The translations under genes and the position numbers were made by a program. This document shows, piece after piece, positions 27,093-40,410 of a stretch of 64,000 nt of DNA (its first letter is position 1; each line of letters starts with the position of its first letter). This DNA comes from Chlorokybus atmophyticus. Its lineage: Eukaryota; Plantae; Mesostigma and Chlorokybus algae. Location of the stretch: positions 372,001 to 436,000 of the forward strand of contig RHPI01002119.1 in NCBI GenBank assembly GCA_009103225.1. Reading direction: 5' to 3'. The notes under the pieces are model-generated. The model made no database searches. It worked only from the letters and a program-made list of their open reading frames with translations, and was not told where the DNA came from.

Positions 27093-27355
27093 GGTAGAGC
27101 CACACACATGGGTGCCATCTGGCTATTGTGAGTTCAGGTGTTTAACAGGTTCAGAAGTGTGCGTATGCATGCATGCATGGTAGAGCCACACACATGGGTG
27201 CCATCTGGCTATTGTGAGTTCAGATGTTTAACAAGTTCAGAAATGTGCGAATGCGTCTACATGCATGCATGCATGGTAGAGCCGCATGCATGCCATCTGG
27301 CTGTTGTGAGTTCAGATGTCTAATAGGTTCAGAAGTGTGCGAATGCATGCATGCA
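27093..27355. repeat. Three-copy ~80-96 bp tandem repeat
   Basis: Units starting GGTAGAGCC...TGCCATCTGGCT-TTGTGAGTTCAG begin at 27093, 27179 and 27275. Confidence 0.9.
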
Positions 27356-28076
27356 GACGCGTTTTTTTGCAGTGTCTAGCATGTTGCACTCGAATATCAC
27401 TAATAAAAAGCCTCCAAAGTGAACACTATGCAACAGTGACAGCTGCAACGTTTTGCAAGCAGTAAAGCTGTTCGGCGGTGATGACACATCCACATTATAT
27501 AGAGTCAGGGAAAACTCATACATATATTTATATGCGGACGCGCGTTCTTATATGTTCTTATATAGGTAGACATCGTTGCAACCCGCTAGTACATCTGTAG
27601 TATATGGAATTTGTAGCGCACACATAGGCGTATACACATGTCTGCATAACTTGACCATGAGGCACTTATCTGTGTGGACACGTGACATGCATGTGCGCAC
27701 ATGTCACATGGTCACCATGTGACATCGCTGCACATGTGACAAGTGCATTAATATGAGTGTGCAGCCCCAGACACCAACCCTTTCTAAGTTAGCATGCATG
27801 CACACCATGTATATTGTTGTGTACAAAAGATGGAGTGCTGATAAGACCGCATGCAAGGGGTCAAAAGCATGAGACATGCATGTAGTCATGCACACGCCGC
27901 AAGCAAACAGTCAGCAGCAGTCACAGTGCTATGTCACCACCGGGCTGTATGATAAGCACAATGATGACGTTTGCTCCACTTTACGACACAAAAATGCTTG
28001 CTCCTTATATAAACACCCAGCTTTCATAATGACACGATTTGATGAGACCTCAAGCAACTGGTTGTAGCCTATAAAA

Positions 28077-28304
28077 GACATGATTTTAACGGGACAGATA
28101 GCGGCGCTCAGCAACAGCGTCGTTCGGGAGACCTTAAAGCTTGATGGCTTGATCAAGCAAAACTGCAATACACAGCGACCCGACACCGGTCAAGTCCGAT
28201 ATCGGATCGCTGTGGTTGCAATTGCTTGATCAAGCCGTCAAGCTGCAAGGTCATTCGAACGACACTGATGCTGACCGCCGTGCTTTGTCCCGTCAACACA
28301 ATGT
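28077..28304 (+). ncRNA. Long imperfect hairpin, pre-miRNA/hpRNA candidate (strand tentative)
   Basis: Arms 28091-28183 and 28202-28291 are reverse complements at ~80% identity with an 18-nt loop. TATATAAA lies at 28006-28013. Confidence 0.55.
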
Positions 28305-30026
28305 ACAAGTCACTATGACACGAGGCACATGCAGACTCAACACATAGCATTACACAACCCCCCGGGGTCCTAGGCTACTGCTAGACTACGTGCTGCTCTC
28401 TGCATGCATGCTGCACAGACAACAGGACACCATACCTGTACAAGGGGCTTGTTGGCATTTGCAGGGGACGAAGAGCAGCGCACCGCATGCACACGTCTGA
28501 AGCCGAAGCTCAGAGCCGGCATGCTAGGTAAAGGGCGGGCTAGGCTTGGGAAAGCCTAGCCCACGGACCAGCAACAAACCGAACTGATGCCGTTAAGTAT
28601 TGGCGTCACTATGACAGTAAAAAATAAGTTTGCCAAAACAGCAACACTTAAGAGTTGCAGGAAAAGGGGTCAAGTCTCAGCACTTGCATTCTACCTTAGG
28701 TTGCCCTTATGCTCAGTGCTATGTTGGAAGTAACGATGGAGAAAACGACCGATCACATGCAAGCATGCATGCAGGCACAAACACAACCATGCATGCACGC
28801 ATGCACAGTCAGGCATGCCAGCTGCCGACCTTGTCGTTAAGCGCTGCCGTACATGCCAAAGCCAAAGGACGAAGCATTGAACAGAGCGCCGCAATGGCCT
28901 GCACGAAGCCTGGCCACGCCAACAACTCTCTCACCTTTAACACGCGCAAACCACACAAAGGACTAAGGCGAAGCCGCTCTCAACAACCTTGGTCTGTCTA
29001 CAACAGACAGCGCCCCGCGGTGTTGCTGACACCACCGCCGCCACCGCCCACACCCGCCACAACATTGCCGCTGCCTCCACTGACCAGTGGTATGCAAACG
29101 TCAGGCATGCAAGCAGACAGGCAAAGATAACCACTTGCAGTTTGGATCTCTTTCTGATGCGCGGTACTTCACATCAGACATATTGATTATCTTCAAGCCA
29201 CAATGCCCGTTGGAACCAATGAATGTCTGTATGTAGATGCAGTCACAACCTATGGACTCCTAGAAATCATGTACAAGGGCAGCAGGTGGGCACCAATATC
29301 CCCTCTCTGCCGGACGCCATGATGCATAGGGTATAAGTCATATTGCATGCATGCAATACACATAGTGGTCATCTATCCCTCCCCCCCTTTCATCACGAGG
29401 CATACTGGTAGCATATACCCGCCTATTGCGCAGGTGTGCTTGCTGCTCCTTTACCACCGAACCTTGAGTGCCTGCCTGCTTGCCCGCCCCCTGCCACATT
29501 GCACTTAGCTCCGGCACTTGATTAGGTGTGAGGTGTGATCCCCCACTGGAACTGATTACTCTGCCCTGCCCTGCGCTGCTTGTTCCCTGCTTGCTGTGTA
29601 GGCGTGCGCGCATGACTTGCATCTGCCCTATCGGAAAGCCTATACCCACGACCTCATAAGTAACACTCCAGTAACAATCCAATTTCAACACCACCACGCA
29701 CCAGCTTCGTAGTGGCAGACAGCATGTCGTGGCACACTAACAAATGTAGCCAGAAACACACTAGTCATATGCAACGTCACGTCTCAAGTTAAAAGCACTG
29801 ACCACACAATGCTCGCAAACCTATCCACCAAGGTAGCATGCTGCAAAAGCTGTGCCCACGTCGAACAAGTTGCAGTAAAGTAGTAGACACAGATGCAGCA
29901 CACCCCAATGAACCACTGCTTTTTGTCACACATCCTCAAGCAACCAGAACTGATTCTTTGCTTTGCAACCAACACGCACATTGCCCGCGGACAGACTCTC
30001 TCTTGTTCATCCTCAATCAGCTACTA

Positions 30027-31373
30027 CTACTTCTTGGCTCTGAGTTTATCCTTTTTCTTCCTTTTCTTGCTCTTCTTGGACATTTCATTGGACTCGTCAT
30101 CATCAGCACGCTGTCCCTCGGCTTCGGTAACATCTGCATTTGTCAACTCAACATCCACGGGAGCATCCGTGTCCTCAACCTCAGCCTCATCGCCAACAAC
30201 AGGCATGCTATTGGACAACTCTGCAGCGGTTCGGTTCAGAAATTCATCAGCTGTCGCTGCTGCCGAGGGAGTGTCACCTCTCTTCTTTGCCTTTTTCTTG
30301 GAGGACTCCGGTTTTTCCCTATCCTTGCGTGTGGCAACTTTCTGCATCTGCCGCTTTTGATCTGCAAGACAATGTTAAGGCCCTCGCAAGCTGGTGTTGG
30401 TATGGGAGGTATGTGCGTAATTACCAAGCAAGAAGCCAGCATGCAGCTCTGGATGTGCGCCCGACATGCTGCCTTAGGCACGCATGTATGAGTAACCAAG
30501 CACACATAATGATTACCTTCAGTCAGGTCTGGTATCGCGTGCTCGATGAAGCGATTGACGGCCTTCACATCCATAGCGATGCTGCGTTGTTGGGGTCCTG
30601 GCACGAACGAGATCAGTCATGCAAGTCACAACACCACAGAGCAAGGAAGCCACAAGACCACACGATAACGCATGCCATGCTAAGCTAAACACACCTACCT
30701 GTACTCTCGTACACTGCTTTGTCAACCTTCTTCTGGTACACCGCTATGCGCGCCTGATGGGTCGCACTCAATTGTAGGTTTTTCAGGCTGCGCAAGCAAA
30801 CAAACGAACGAAAGAAAGATAATCGGATCACATACCAGCTCTGCTTTGACAGGGTGGCTGTCCACAGCTACGCCTTGAGTCTTCAAGTAAACTGTGAGCA
30901 TGCACACAGCTCTGAAGTTGTAAGCAAGTGAGCCTAAGTTGTGTGCTGTACTGCGAACAAGTATATAGTTATGGTGCTTGAGGCTAAGCGTCTCCCACAA
31001 CGTGATTGAACAAGTTGAGCAAATTGGATGTGCACGACTTCTGCACAGACAAGTGAAAGCAGGGACTTGCATTGTCGAGCACAGTACCCAGCTTGACAGT
31101 TGATGACGACAACCTTTTGTGCACACACGCAGCGTTGTTGTTAGTGCACCCAGCACGAACAATTTTGGACAGACTGAAAGACACCTCCTCACGCTGAAAC
31201 AGGCTGCTGACGGCGGCGGCGACCGCGACATGCAGCTGCGCGCGGTGCAGGGGCGCCGGCAGCTGCGCCTCCAGCTCCTTGGGGGTCGCGGTCAGCACCG
31301 GCTCCAGCGCCGCCTTCATCCTAGCCATGGCAGCCTCGGCCGCTTGCACCGCCGCCGCCACCTCCGCCTCCAT
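30027..31373 (-). CDS. C1D: C1D/Rrp47 (Sas10/Utp3/C1D family) nuclear exosome cofactor
   Basis: LHRAQLHVAVAAAVSSLF|.YLKTQGVAVDSHPVKAEL|ERIAVYQKKV, MDVKAVNRFIEHAIPDL, Lys-rich tail. Confidence 0.85.
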
Positions 31374-31522
31374 GCTGGCCACAGTGAGTCCCGGACACAG
31401 CTCAGCCCTAGCTTGTGTATATTTGGGTGAGGACTTGGCGGCGGCGGCGGCGGCGGTGCTGTGAGAGGTGGCCACGTGGCAGCTCCTCCTTGTCCCCGTC
31501 CCTTCCCTCCTTGACAGCCACA

Positions 31523-33695
31523 ATGCCGGTGGCACTGTCGGCGGTGGACGCCGCATGGGCCAAGTACGCAGCATGCTCCGGCGCTGGTGCGGCGGAGGCA
31601 GAGGCCCCTGTGCAGCAGGTTGCAGAGCAGGTGAGACTGTTGTGTCAAGGCTGGTCTATAACTCTCTCATTTGTTGCTTGATCAATGAGCAGTGGAGACA
31701 TGCATGCAAGAATCCTTGTTGTGGCCGGACTTTTGCCGTACGCTATGCTTGCAGCGCTGCATGTTTGCAAGCAACAATGACGGCATGCGTTTGGCTGTTG
31801 TACCTGTCAAATTTGCGTCCACGCATTGTCGAGTTAAGCCATGAACGACTGCGGGCAATGTGTTATGCGATTGCTATGTAGATTGGCCAGTCTGCTTTGC
31901 AGAGCTGTGCATCAGTGGTGTTGTTGTGTTATAACCGCTCACATCACTGTCCTGCATGCTAAGTATCTACCATATTAATCCAGCACACAATGCTTGTACA
32001 ACAACTGTCTCATGGTGTTCTGAGCATGCCTACGTGTTCGTAGACAAGCTTTGAAACTTGCAATGGGCAGGCGTCCACCGCTCCTTCAGCAGCCATTGAG
32101 GTGACGGAGTTGGAGTTCACATACCCCGGCCTCGATGGGCGTCCCCCGCCCGGAGCATCCCCGCTCATCAAAGAGTTCAACCTGAGGCTGGCTCCAGGAG
32201 AACGGTGCTTGCTTACAGGCGGGAACGGTGCTGGTGCGTCCCCACATACTACACATGTACCATGCATGCAGGCATTGTGTTGACATGCACATGTGTGTGG
32301 CGTTGTGCGTGCGCACCCACACTGATGCATGGTTATGCACGAGTCCGCGAGCACGCACACATACACACACACAGACACTCGTTTCGCTTGTGGCAGAACA
32401 TGGTCTTTGTGGGCGCTGAACATTGTTGTGCAGGCAAGACAACACTGCTGCGGATACTTGCGGGCATGCACATGGTGCACAACGGGTCTGTAAAGGTTCT
32501 CGATCGCTCCGCATTCCACGACACGAACCTCACAGCGTCTGGCGCTATCACATACTTGGGAACTGAGGTCAGCACTGGCAAGCAGCACGCATCTATGGTA
32601 CTATGAGTGTGATGCTTACTGTCTCACGCACTATGCTGCTTGCAGTGGCGGCGTGCGTTGGCATTTGCTGGTGGAGAAGTCCCGTTGCAAGCAGACATTG
32701 CTGCCAAAGACATGCTGCAGAATGCTCCCGGAGCAGATCAAGCGCGCCTTGCTGAGCTCATGAAGGTGTGCTGTTGTAGCATGCGCGGCATGACACGTGT
32801 GCCTGTGCAAACCTCAAGAACCTCTATGCTAATGCATGTCGAGGCTTGTACTCAGGTCATGGACATCAACCCACACTGGAGAATGAATAAGGTGTCCGAC
32901 GGGCAGCGAAGGCGTGTGCAGATATGCATGGGTCTAGCAAAGCCATTCAAGGTTAGAGCTGCGAACAACACTGTGGTGTGAGAACATGGTTATGCTCTTC
33001 GCATGTTGTGTACAGCGTTTGGTAGTAATTGCCATGGCAGGTGCTGTTGTTGGACGAGATCACTGTTGATCTGGACGTTATTGGACGCGCAGACTTGCTG
33101 AATTACCTAAAAAAGGAGTGCGAAGAGCGCGGCGCGTGCGTCATATATGCAACGCATATCTTTGATGGCATCGACACCTGGCCAACACATCTGGTACACA
33201 CTGCGTTACGGTACAGAGTGCTCTGTCAAGCTGACAAATTGTCCTGAGTGCGCATGCTGTGCTCTGTAGTGGGTTCTCAAAAGTGTGGCTTTGTGTGCAG
33301 GCGTATGTTGCAGAGGGCAGGTTGCAAGTGTTTGACAAGCTATCAGCTATCAAAGAATTGCGGCAGCAATCGTTGATGGTGCGTTGGAATCCATACAGCT
33401 ACTGCCATTTTTGATGCTCATGCCTTGTTGCATTGTTGATGTCTATATGTTACTCGGCCGCCCGTTTGTGGTGTGCAACTACGCGGGTTCGCATTTGTTG
33501 AAGAGCATGTCTTCAACCACGCAGGAGACCATTGCTGTGTGGCTAAGGAAGGATAGAGAGGTGCAGAAGGCCAAGCGATTGAGCAAGCTCAGCCAGAAGC
33601 AGGAGGTTGATGGGATTCCTGTAGATGAGCGCACGTCGACGCTGATGAACAACGGCTGGACCTCAGGCAGGTTGACACCGTCAGTGAAGAAATGA
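31523..33695 (+). CDS. ABCI20: Soluble ABC ATPase, ABCI20/CAF16-like
   Basis: [72 protein letters not shown]. Confidence 0.92.
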
Positions 33696-34994
33696 CCATA
33701 GCATAGGTTGGATGGCTATGCTCGGGCGCATACTGCTACTTAGTTAGGTTTAGTTTAATTCATTGCACATCGGACATTCTGCTGTGCTCCTAGCCAGAGG
33801 TAGTGATTATTTGGGAGAGACCAATTGACAAACTCTATATCCATATGCACATGGGTATGTGTAGCGCTATGCTGCTCTATTTCTGAATTGACCACACACA
33901 GAGTTGCATGCAACCATCCTACCATTGAGATCAAGCTGTGCATGTTGATGCTGCAACTGGCTTTGATGTAATGCATGTTTGGGTGGACAGTGTACTTGCT
34001 GAGTGCAAGTTGACCTGCTTGTCATGAACCTTGCACCCATTGATGGCACATGGCGGACACCACTTGCGGCATGTTGTCTACTACTGTCATTCATACAGTA
34101 AATGACCGTGTAGTGCATGCCTTGGCACCACAACCTATGCGCGCTACATACCTATTATCATTCCCTGTCGACAAGGTAACATTCTGCCAGCGAAATACCA
34201 GTACATTCGCACCTCATTAAACGAAAGGTAAACTGTGATTGCAAGAATAAATTGTTCTACACCTGCAACCATAGCACCCACACAACACCTGCCAAGAGCG
34301 GACCTTCTTTTTATCAGCAGTACCCAATCGCTACCCTTACAAAACATGAGCAATGGTAGAACTTTACAGCACACAGTGCGTTCTGAACGACATGCTGTTT
34401 GTGCATTACAGAGCGAGCGGATCATGACTGTCGCAATACAACTCCTCCATCCGTCGACTGCCAGTGCTCCCGGTTGAGGGTACTCAACTTGCCGTAGTCT
34501 CCTACCCATTGCACAAATCCTGTTGCATTTGCGTAAATGCGCCACGACCCCAGTATACACAAAACTACTAAGACAAGAGGAATGCTGATCAGGCATGCTG
34601 TTCAGACACAAACACTTGTTGTAGCCATATGGTCACACCACTTACGGTGTGTCATTTGTGGTTGATCGATGTGGGCACCTGGACACCACTCCTTACTGCT
34701 GTGTCCAACCGAAGGTTGCGCAGCCTGCAATGAGTATATATGTGCAATGCATGAGGGTCAATTGCGTCATCTGCCCGGTGCAAAGTTAGCCCCTGACGAC
34801 ACACTGTCTCCAAACTGCTGAATGGATGTAAGGGACTGGTAAGTATATTAGGTTGAAGTAAGATGGTCATGTATTCTCTATCTCAAACGCTTGCTTAACA
34901 TGAGCCAGGGTCCACATAACGAAGGCGCTATAATGATGACATCGATTCTGGCAATCACTGCTAACTATGCAGTTGCAAGCCTGTGAGGAGGCAG

Positions 34995-37938
34995 TCAATA
35001 AGCGTCTGTGGCATGGCCAAGTTTGTCAATAGTGTGCTCGTGTTGCAATACCTGCGGCGCAGACTCTAAAGGGATGCCAAAGTCGGACAGCGCCGATGTG
35101 TACGCATTTGGCTGGTCTTTGTGCTTGGCTGGCCGTGAATCTGAAGTGGTAGGCGTCAGGTCTTGTCCTTCATGTGGTTCCCATGTCACTTCCGGTTGAT
35201 CTAGGGCAAACCTGCACGAGTCACATGACAAGCCCACTTTAGATTGCAACGTTGCGACATGACCCACACAACAGCAACATCACACACTGGTGCACAACTG
35301 GCACAGCAACCTGTTGACAACAGCACCACTGTCGGGTGAAGCGAAGTTTTTCATCCAGGGATTGGAGAGAAACCTGCCACAAATGCAAATTTGATGTGCT
35401 GCACCTCACAGCTTAGCAAGGATGCCAATAGCCGCTTACTTACGCGTCTGCGATCCTTTCTGGCGGCACCTGATGTGAATAGCCTTGTACTATGTCACGC
35501 ATCAGTGCACCATACGCAAGGGGCGAACTTTGCCGCACGGAGTCCAACAGCGCCCTTTGCTGAGCCTGCCAGTGTGTAAGGCATGTGTCCTCGCAAGTGC
35601 ACACAGCCCTTGCTGAACATATCCTTGTCACAAGTTGGTAGCAAGTTGTTCGTTGTACGGCTTTCGGAGCCTTCTTACCTCAATACGCTGCAAGGCATAC
35701 TTGGTGCGAGCAGCGATATCAGCCTTGACAACAGACTCCACATGCCTGATGAGCCAACATGCGCATGGTGATAACATCGCACTAGCTTGTATCTGTGCAT
35801 ACCCGTTGCAACTAATTGCAAATATGGTCACCTTGAGGCGCGCTTTGCAATGCCTGTTCTGACATTTTCGCTCTTCGCGCGCTTTGTTGATCGCATTATT
35901 GGCACGGAGGCTACGCACGCAGCGGGGCGCTGAGCTGCTACAGGTGGATCCAAGCTACGTTGAGATAAACTGCAGTCTTGCAGTCTGAGGAATAGTGGCA
36001 TTGTTAATTTTGACATAAAGGCACCTACACATGATATATTGTAACAGTACCGATGCAGCAAAGTTGCCAAGCCTGGTTAGTTTATAACCGCGAGTGACCT
36101 GTGCAACTGTCTCATAGTTGTAGATGATTGTACGCTCATGGCTCGTACCTTTTTACAGGCTTCAGTTGATGAGCGTATGCTGCTACAAGCTCAGATTGTC
36201 CTGGCACTGCTACTGCAAAAGCAAACAAGGTCAAGTGCGCATGAACAGCATGTTTACACTGCTACTATAACAGCACGTTATTCTTCTAAGTTGTAGACTG
36301 CCTTGTGCTCATTCCATGTTTCCACATGAAAAACAAAGCGATCGCTAGCTAAACTACACATGCGTGACATGTGATGATGTTGCAAACAACCTGAGTATGC
36401 AAGGCGAGGTTGAGGGCGTGCAGCCTTTGGCCGAAAGCGTCGCCGTTCTTGGCGTATCTCTGCCATGTTGAACCACCATTTTGGGTATATGCGGGCCTAC
36501 ACGCCATCATTCAGCATCGCGGTGAGATGTCCTGCCTTCGCGGTACAAGTCAGCCTTTGACAGATATTGACTGCATGCTGCTCGTGAGCAAGGAAGAAAT
36601 GCATTCATTGAGGGCCATTGCATAATGGAGCACCTACCTGCAGCTTTGAGGCATCGCATTGCAATTGTGACGTAGATGGTGGGTCCGGTTGTCGGTCTGG
36701 ACACGACACGGTGCTTGAGATATCAGTCCGACGGCAATTTTCAGTGTTGTTGGCAAACTCCTCAGCATGTTAGAAAAAGTACCGAGACAAGTCTCTTGCC
36801 ATATGGTGTTAATTAGTCTCCCAGGGCAAGCTGTCAGCTCCAAGAACAAAGAGTCACCTGTCCACTGTCGGCGATTATCACCCGCACGCCATTTGGCCGA
36901 TGGCTTGGGTACAAGGTTAGCTGCGGACGCCACTTGGCGTCGCCTGTAGTGGTAAGTGCTGGGCTCAGAAAACTCCTTGGACATGCATGCCGTGTTCTCT
37001 GGTGCATCAGGGACTTGCGCAACAGCTTCAATACCTCCCTGTGCAAGAGAAGCTTGTTGGAGCTTCACAATGCAACACATGCGCCTAGCTTGGTCAACAC
37101 AAGCTGCGCATCTATCATGACAAGCTGCTGGGCAAACACTGACCACAGTCTGGTAGGAATCGCGTGCAGCTTCTTCGCCTTCTGCGTCAGGGCAACGCCG
37201 CTGTTCACTCCCATTTCCACCATCCCTGCCGATACATACGTAGGCACGCATGCTCATGCTTGTATGTACTGTCCACAGTACAAGCTGCGTTGTTTGCAGT
37301 TGTTGAGTTGTGATGCTCTTTTGTTTGCGGTTACTACCAGGCCAAAGAGTGTGACACAAAGCACACGCTTGACATGCAAGCTAGCTTTTTTGAGTGGCAA
37401 GCATCGCCACATGGAGTGACGTACTGACATTCTCGACCACGTCATATATGAAACTATCACACCACGACATACAAGCGAAGACAAGCCAAGAGGCGATGCG
37501 ATGAGCACCAGAAACAGACCTGCCCAACGATTCCTGGTATGCGTCCAGCTGCTTCTGCAGCTCTACAAGCCTGCCGTCGAGTTTGGGCAGCACAGACTGG
37601 ATGACCTGGGCCGCACTGGCACGCGCTAGCAAGCATAGATTGCAGTGTTAGAGGATTGTTTACAGGAAAAACTCGCCTCAACTGCAGGCCAAATTCGACT
37701 GTGCAAGCGGCGTTTGTCTGCCGCTCAGCTACTTACCCACCAGTTGTCGCAGCTCAGGAAGAGACGGAAAGCAAGCCGCGCCGCCGTCGATCCCCTGTTG
37801 GTGCTGCTGCCTCAATGCAAGGATGCCGTAGCGCAGAGCCAACTGGGCCGCCTCCGCCCTCTCCTCTCCCGCAGGGTAGCTCCGCAGGAACAGGCGGACC
37901 GCCTCCGCCGCAGCCGGCGGCAGCGCCCCCGCGTCCAT
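34995..37938 (-). CDS. Hypothetical multi-exon protein (3' end uncertain)
   Basis: The first four exons splice in phase: MDAGALPP..VRLFLRSYPAGEERAEAAQLALRYGILAL | ARASAAQVIQSVLPKLDGRLVELQKQL | RDGGNG.. | ..PKPSAKWRAGD. Further coding-like segments extend to ~35 kb. Confidence 0.55.
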
Positions 37939-38089
37939 ATAAGATAGCCCCACACAGCGCACTACAAGCTTTTCCACCTCCTCATGCCCACCTACTCCTC
38001 GGATAACCACCGCCTACGCCGCCCACGCCGCCACCGACCAACAGGACAATGCCAGCAATAAGCTCACGACGCAAGCGTTCAAATTTTCA

Positions 38090-38098
38090 AAACCCTAA
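38090..38098 (+). promoter_or_regulatory. Telo-box (AAACCCTAA)
   Basis: In the divergent spacer between the orphan gene and DAT1. Confidence 0.55.
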
Positions 38099-38398
38099 TT
38101 GAGACGTTCAGCATCACGCGTCATGTTGCAGTCAGCGTCATGCACTCACATGACATGATGCGCACAGCATGACATGCCGTGTCCAGCGTCATAACTGGAC
38201 ACGGCATTGACACGGCGGCGGCGGCGGAGGAGGAGGACGACGCGGAGGACGCGGAGACTGACAGCGAATCTGCACTAACATGATGCTGCCTGGCCTGCTT
38301 ATGACCCTCTGCTGATTGAAATGGGTTCAGTGGAGAGCTTGTTGCCCAACTGGTAAGCTTTGACCAGCCTGCTGTAGCGAGCTGGGTCGTCGAGGCGC

Positions 38399-40410
38399 AT
38401 GGCTGCTTGCGCAGCGCTGAATGCGCTGCCAGCTGCAAGCGTGGTCTTCGCCACCTCGTGCTCCCCATTAGAATGTGTCTTGCGCTCCCCGTTAGGGTGT
38501 GCCTTTCCTGACAAGCGCTTCCATAGACTTCGAAAACAAGGTGCCTGAGGCGATGGATCTCATGCATTGCACGCGTAACTCTTGCAATGTGTTTGATCTC
38601 CAGAGTCAGAGCTGCGTGGTGTTGGCAAACCCTTGTGTGGGACAGGCAGGGAACTGGTCAAGAGCGAGCAACGGATTGCAACGAGTGCTTCCGCACAAGT
38701 AAATAATGGTGCCATGTCGATGACAATGGAGCCGTACGCTCAACCGGTGGTTCCAACGCTCTCCCTGCAGCAGGTACTGTGAGTTTATAAAACAGGTTGC
38801 TTTCAAGAAACCTGATACTGCACAGGCTCATCCAGTGGGAGCAAGCATCCTCAGCACCTCTTATATGTGGTGATGTTAGGCGGTTGGTGCTTTGAGCAAA
38901 GCAGTACACGCATCGGCTTCAACATACTTGGCATTCTACTCAAGCGTGCTCAGAGGCATTGTCACAGACCCTGCTGTGATGGTGCTGCCGATTGATGATC
39001 ACATGGTGCACAGGGGACATGCGGTCTTTGACACAGCTGCTGTCTATTATGGGTAATGACAGGCTCATGACTGGTTGAGTGAGTATGTGGTGGGCTACAG
39101 TAAGGTGCATTTGATACTTACGCACAGTGTCATTACAGGAAGCTGTATCAGCTGGACCAGCATTTGGACCGGCTGTTGCTTTCAGCAAGCAATGCAAGGG
39201 TAACACCTGCCTTCTCAAGGTATGTGCGCGCACACCAGCACGCATGCGTGAAGCGGAGAAGGTTGCATCCATACAGGAGCTGCTTTGTGCAGACGTCCAA
39301 GTTGTGTGCAGAGAGAAACTCAGAGACATCATCATTGAGACTGCAACCGTTGCATGTGAACGCGCCGGTCACAACTTCATTGGCCAAGCACGTTTCTGGC
39401 TCTCTGCCGGTCCAGGTGGTTTTGGTCTTGCCACATCAGAGTGAGTGTTGCCACAAGCAAGTACATTACAGATGCTGATGCGCTTGTTGACACACTAGTG
39501 TTTGTTAGGTGTGTGGCGCCAACTTTTTATGTCATAGTTGCTACCAAGTCTGGTTACCCAGATGTGAATAAAGGCCTTCGATGTGTTACTGCTTCGGTGC
39601 CTATCAAGCCGCCAACCTTTGCTACTGTCAAGACCACAAATTACCTGCCGAATGCGCTCGTAGTTGATGAAGCGCTTCAGGTGCCTGATGAACAAAAGCT
39701 TGTCGGTACCTCAACCTCTCTTGAGACATGAACTCTACTCAACCGTGACTCGGTACAGGCTGGTGCTGATCAAGGCGTATGGCTGGACCAAGAAGGCAAC
39801 ATTGGTGAAGGCGCAAGCATGAACATTGCGGTGAGTTGTGCGTGCAACGATAAGGTGTTTGCTGTATGCTTAGACCTGTTGTCTGTGCGCACATCTGACA
39901 AGCAATCTTGTGTGTGGAACAGTTCATGATGAAAGATAGCGAATTCGTTGTTCCGCCTTTTGACAAGGTAACATACTGGTCTAAGTACTCAGCACATACT
40001 CATGTCTCAATTCAAGTGCCTTGCAAGTAAGCACGCCATCACTCTCCAGGTGCTGGCAGGGATTACGGCGTTATGGGCCATGGAGCTAGCATCGACATCC
40101 GCAATGAGTGACCTCATAAGCAAAGTTAGCGTACGTACTGTCACCGTGGATGAGGCCAGGGGCGCCAAAGAGATGATGATGGTGGGCAGCGGCGTGCTCG
40201 TGACCCCAGTGCTCACGTGGGACAACCACCCCATCAATGATGGTATGTAAGCTGCGTGGCTGCAGGGTTGCTTGCATCGTTGTAAACCTTTTTATGGTCT
40301 TGTCAACAGGAACACCAGGACCCGTTGCTTTGCGCTTGCGGCGACTCATTGAGGAGGACATGCAGAGTGGCGAGGGCCAGTGCGTACCACTGCAACGAAG
40401 AACAAGATAG
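38399..40410 (+). CDS. DAT1: D-amino-acid transaminase / 4-amino-4-deoxychorismate lyase (class IV aminotransferase), probably plastid-targeted
   Basis: FYSSVLRGIVTDPAVMVLPIDDHMVHRGHAVFDT, FWLSAGPGGF, PIKPPTFATVKTTNYLPN, IGEGASMNIA, EMMMVGSG. The start is inferred from a transit-peptide-like exon. Confidence 0.92.

Noticed and set aside
27093-27355. Repeat array as a possible CRISPR
   Set aside because: The units are whole tandem duplications without unique spacers, there are no cas genes, and the context is eukaryotic.
27701-27725. Perfect 11-bp palindrome ATGTCACATGG-TCA-CCATGTGACAT
   Set aside because: It is short and made of the CATG/TGCA words that are abundant throughout this genome.
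28537-28562. 11-bp hairpin as a Helitron 3' end
   Set aside because: No CTRR terminus follows and no Rep/helicase sequence is seen.
29338-29697. 119-aa minus-strand ORF in the intergenic region
   Set aside because: No ATG start, no motif and no splice support.
34144-34611. 155-aa minus-strand ORF containing AVDGW
   Set aside because: A single weak transposase-like word with no colinear motifs; it cannot be assigned.
6087-38098. AAACCCTAA copies as interstitial telomere
   Set aside because: They are single dispersed copies near gene starts, which fits telo-boxes rather than telomeric arrays.
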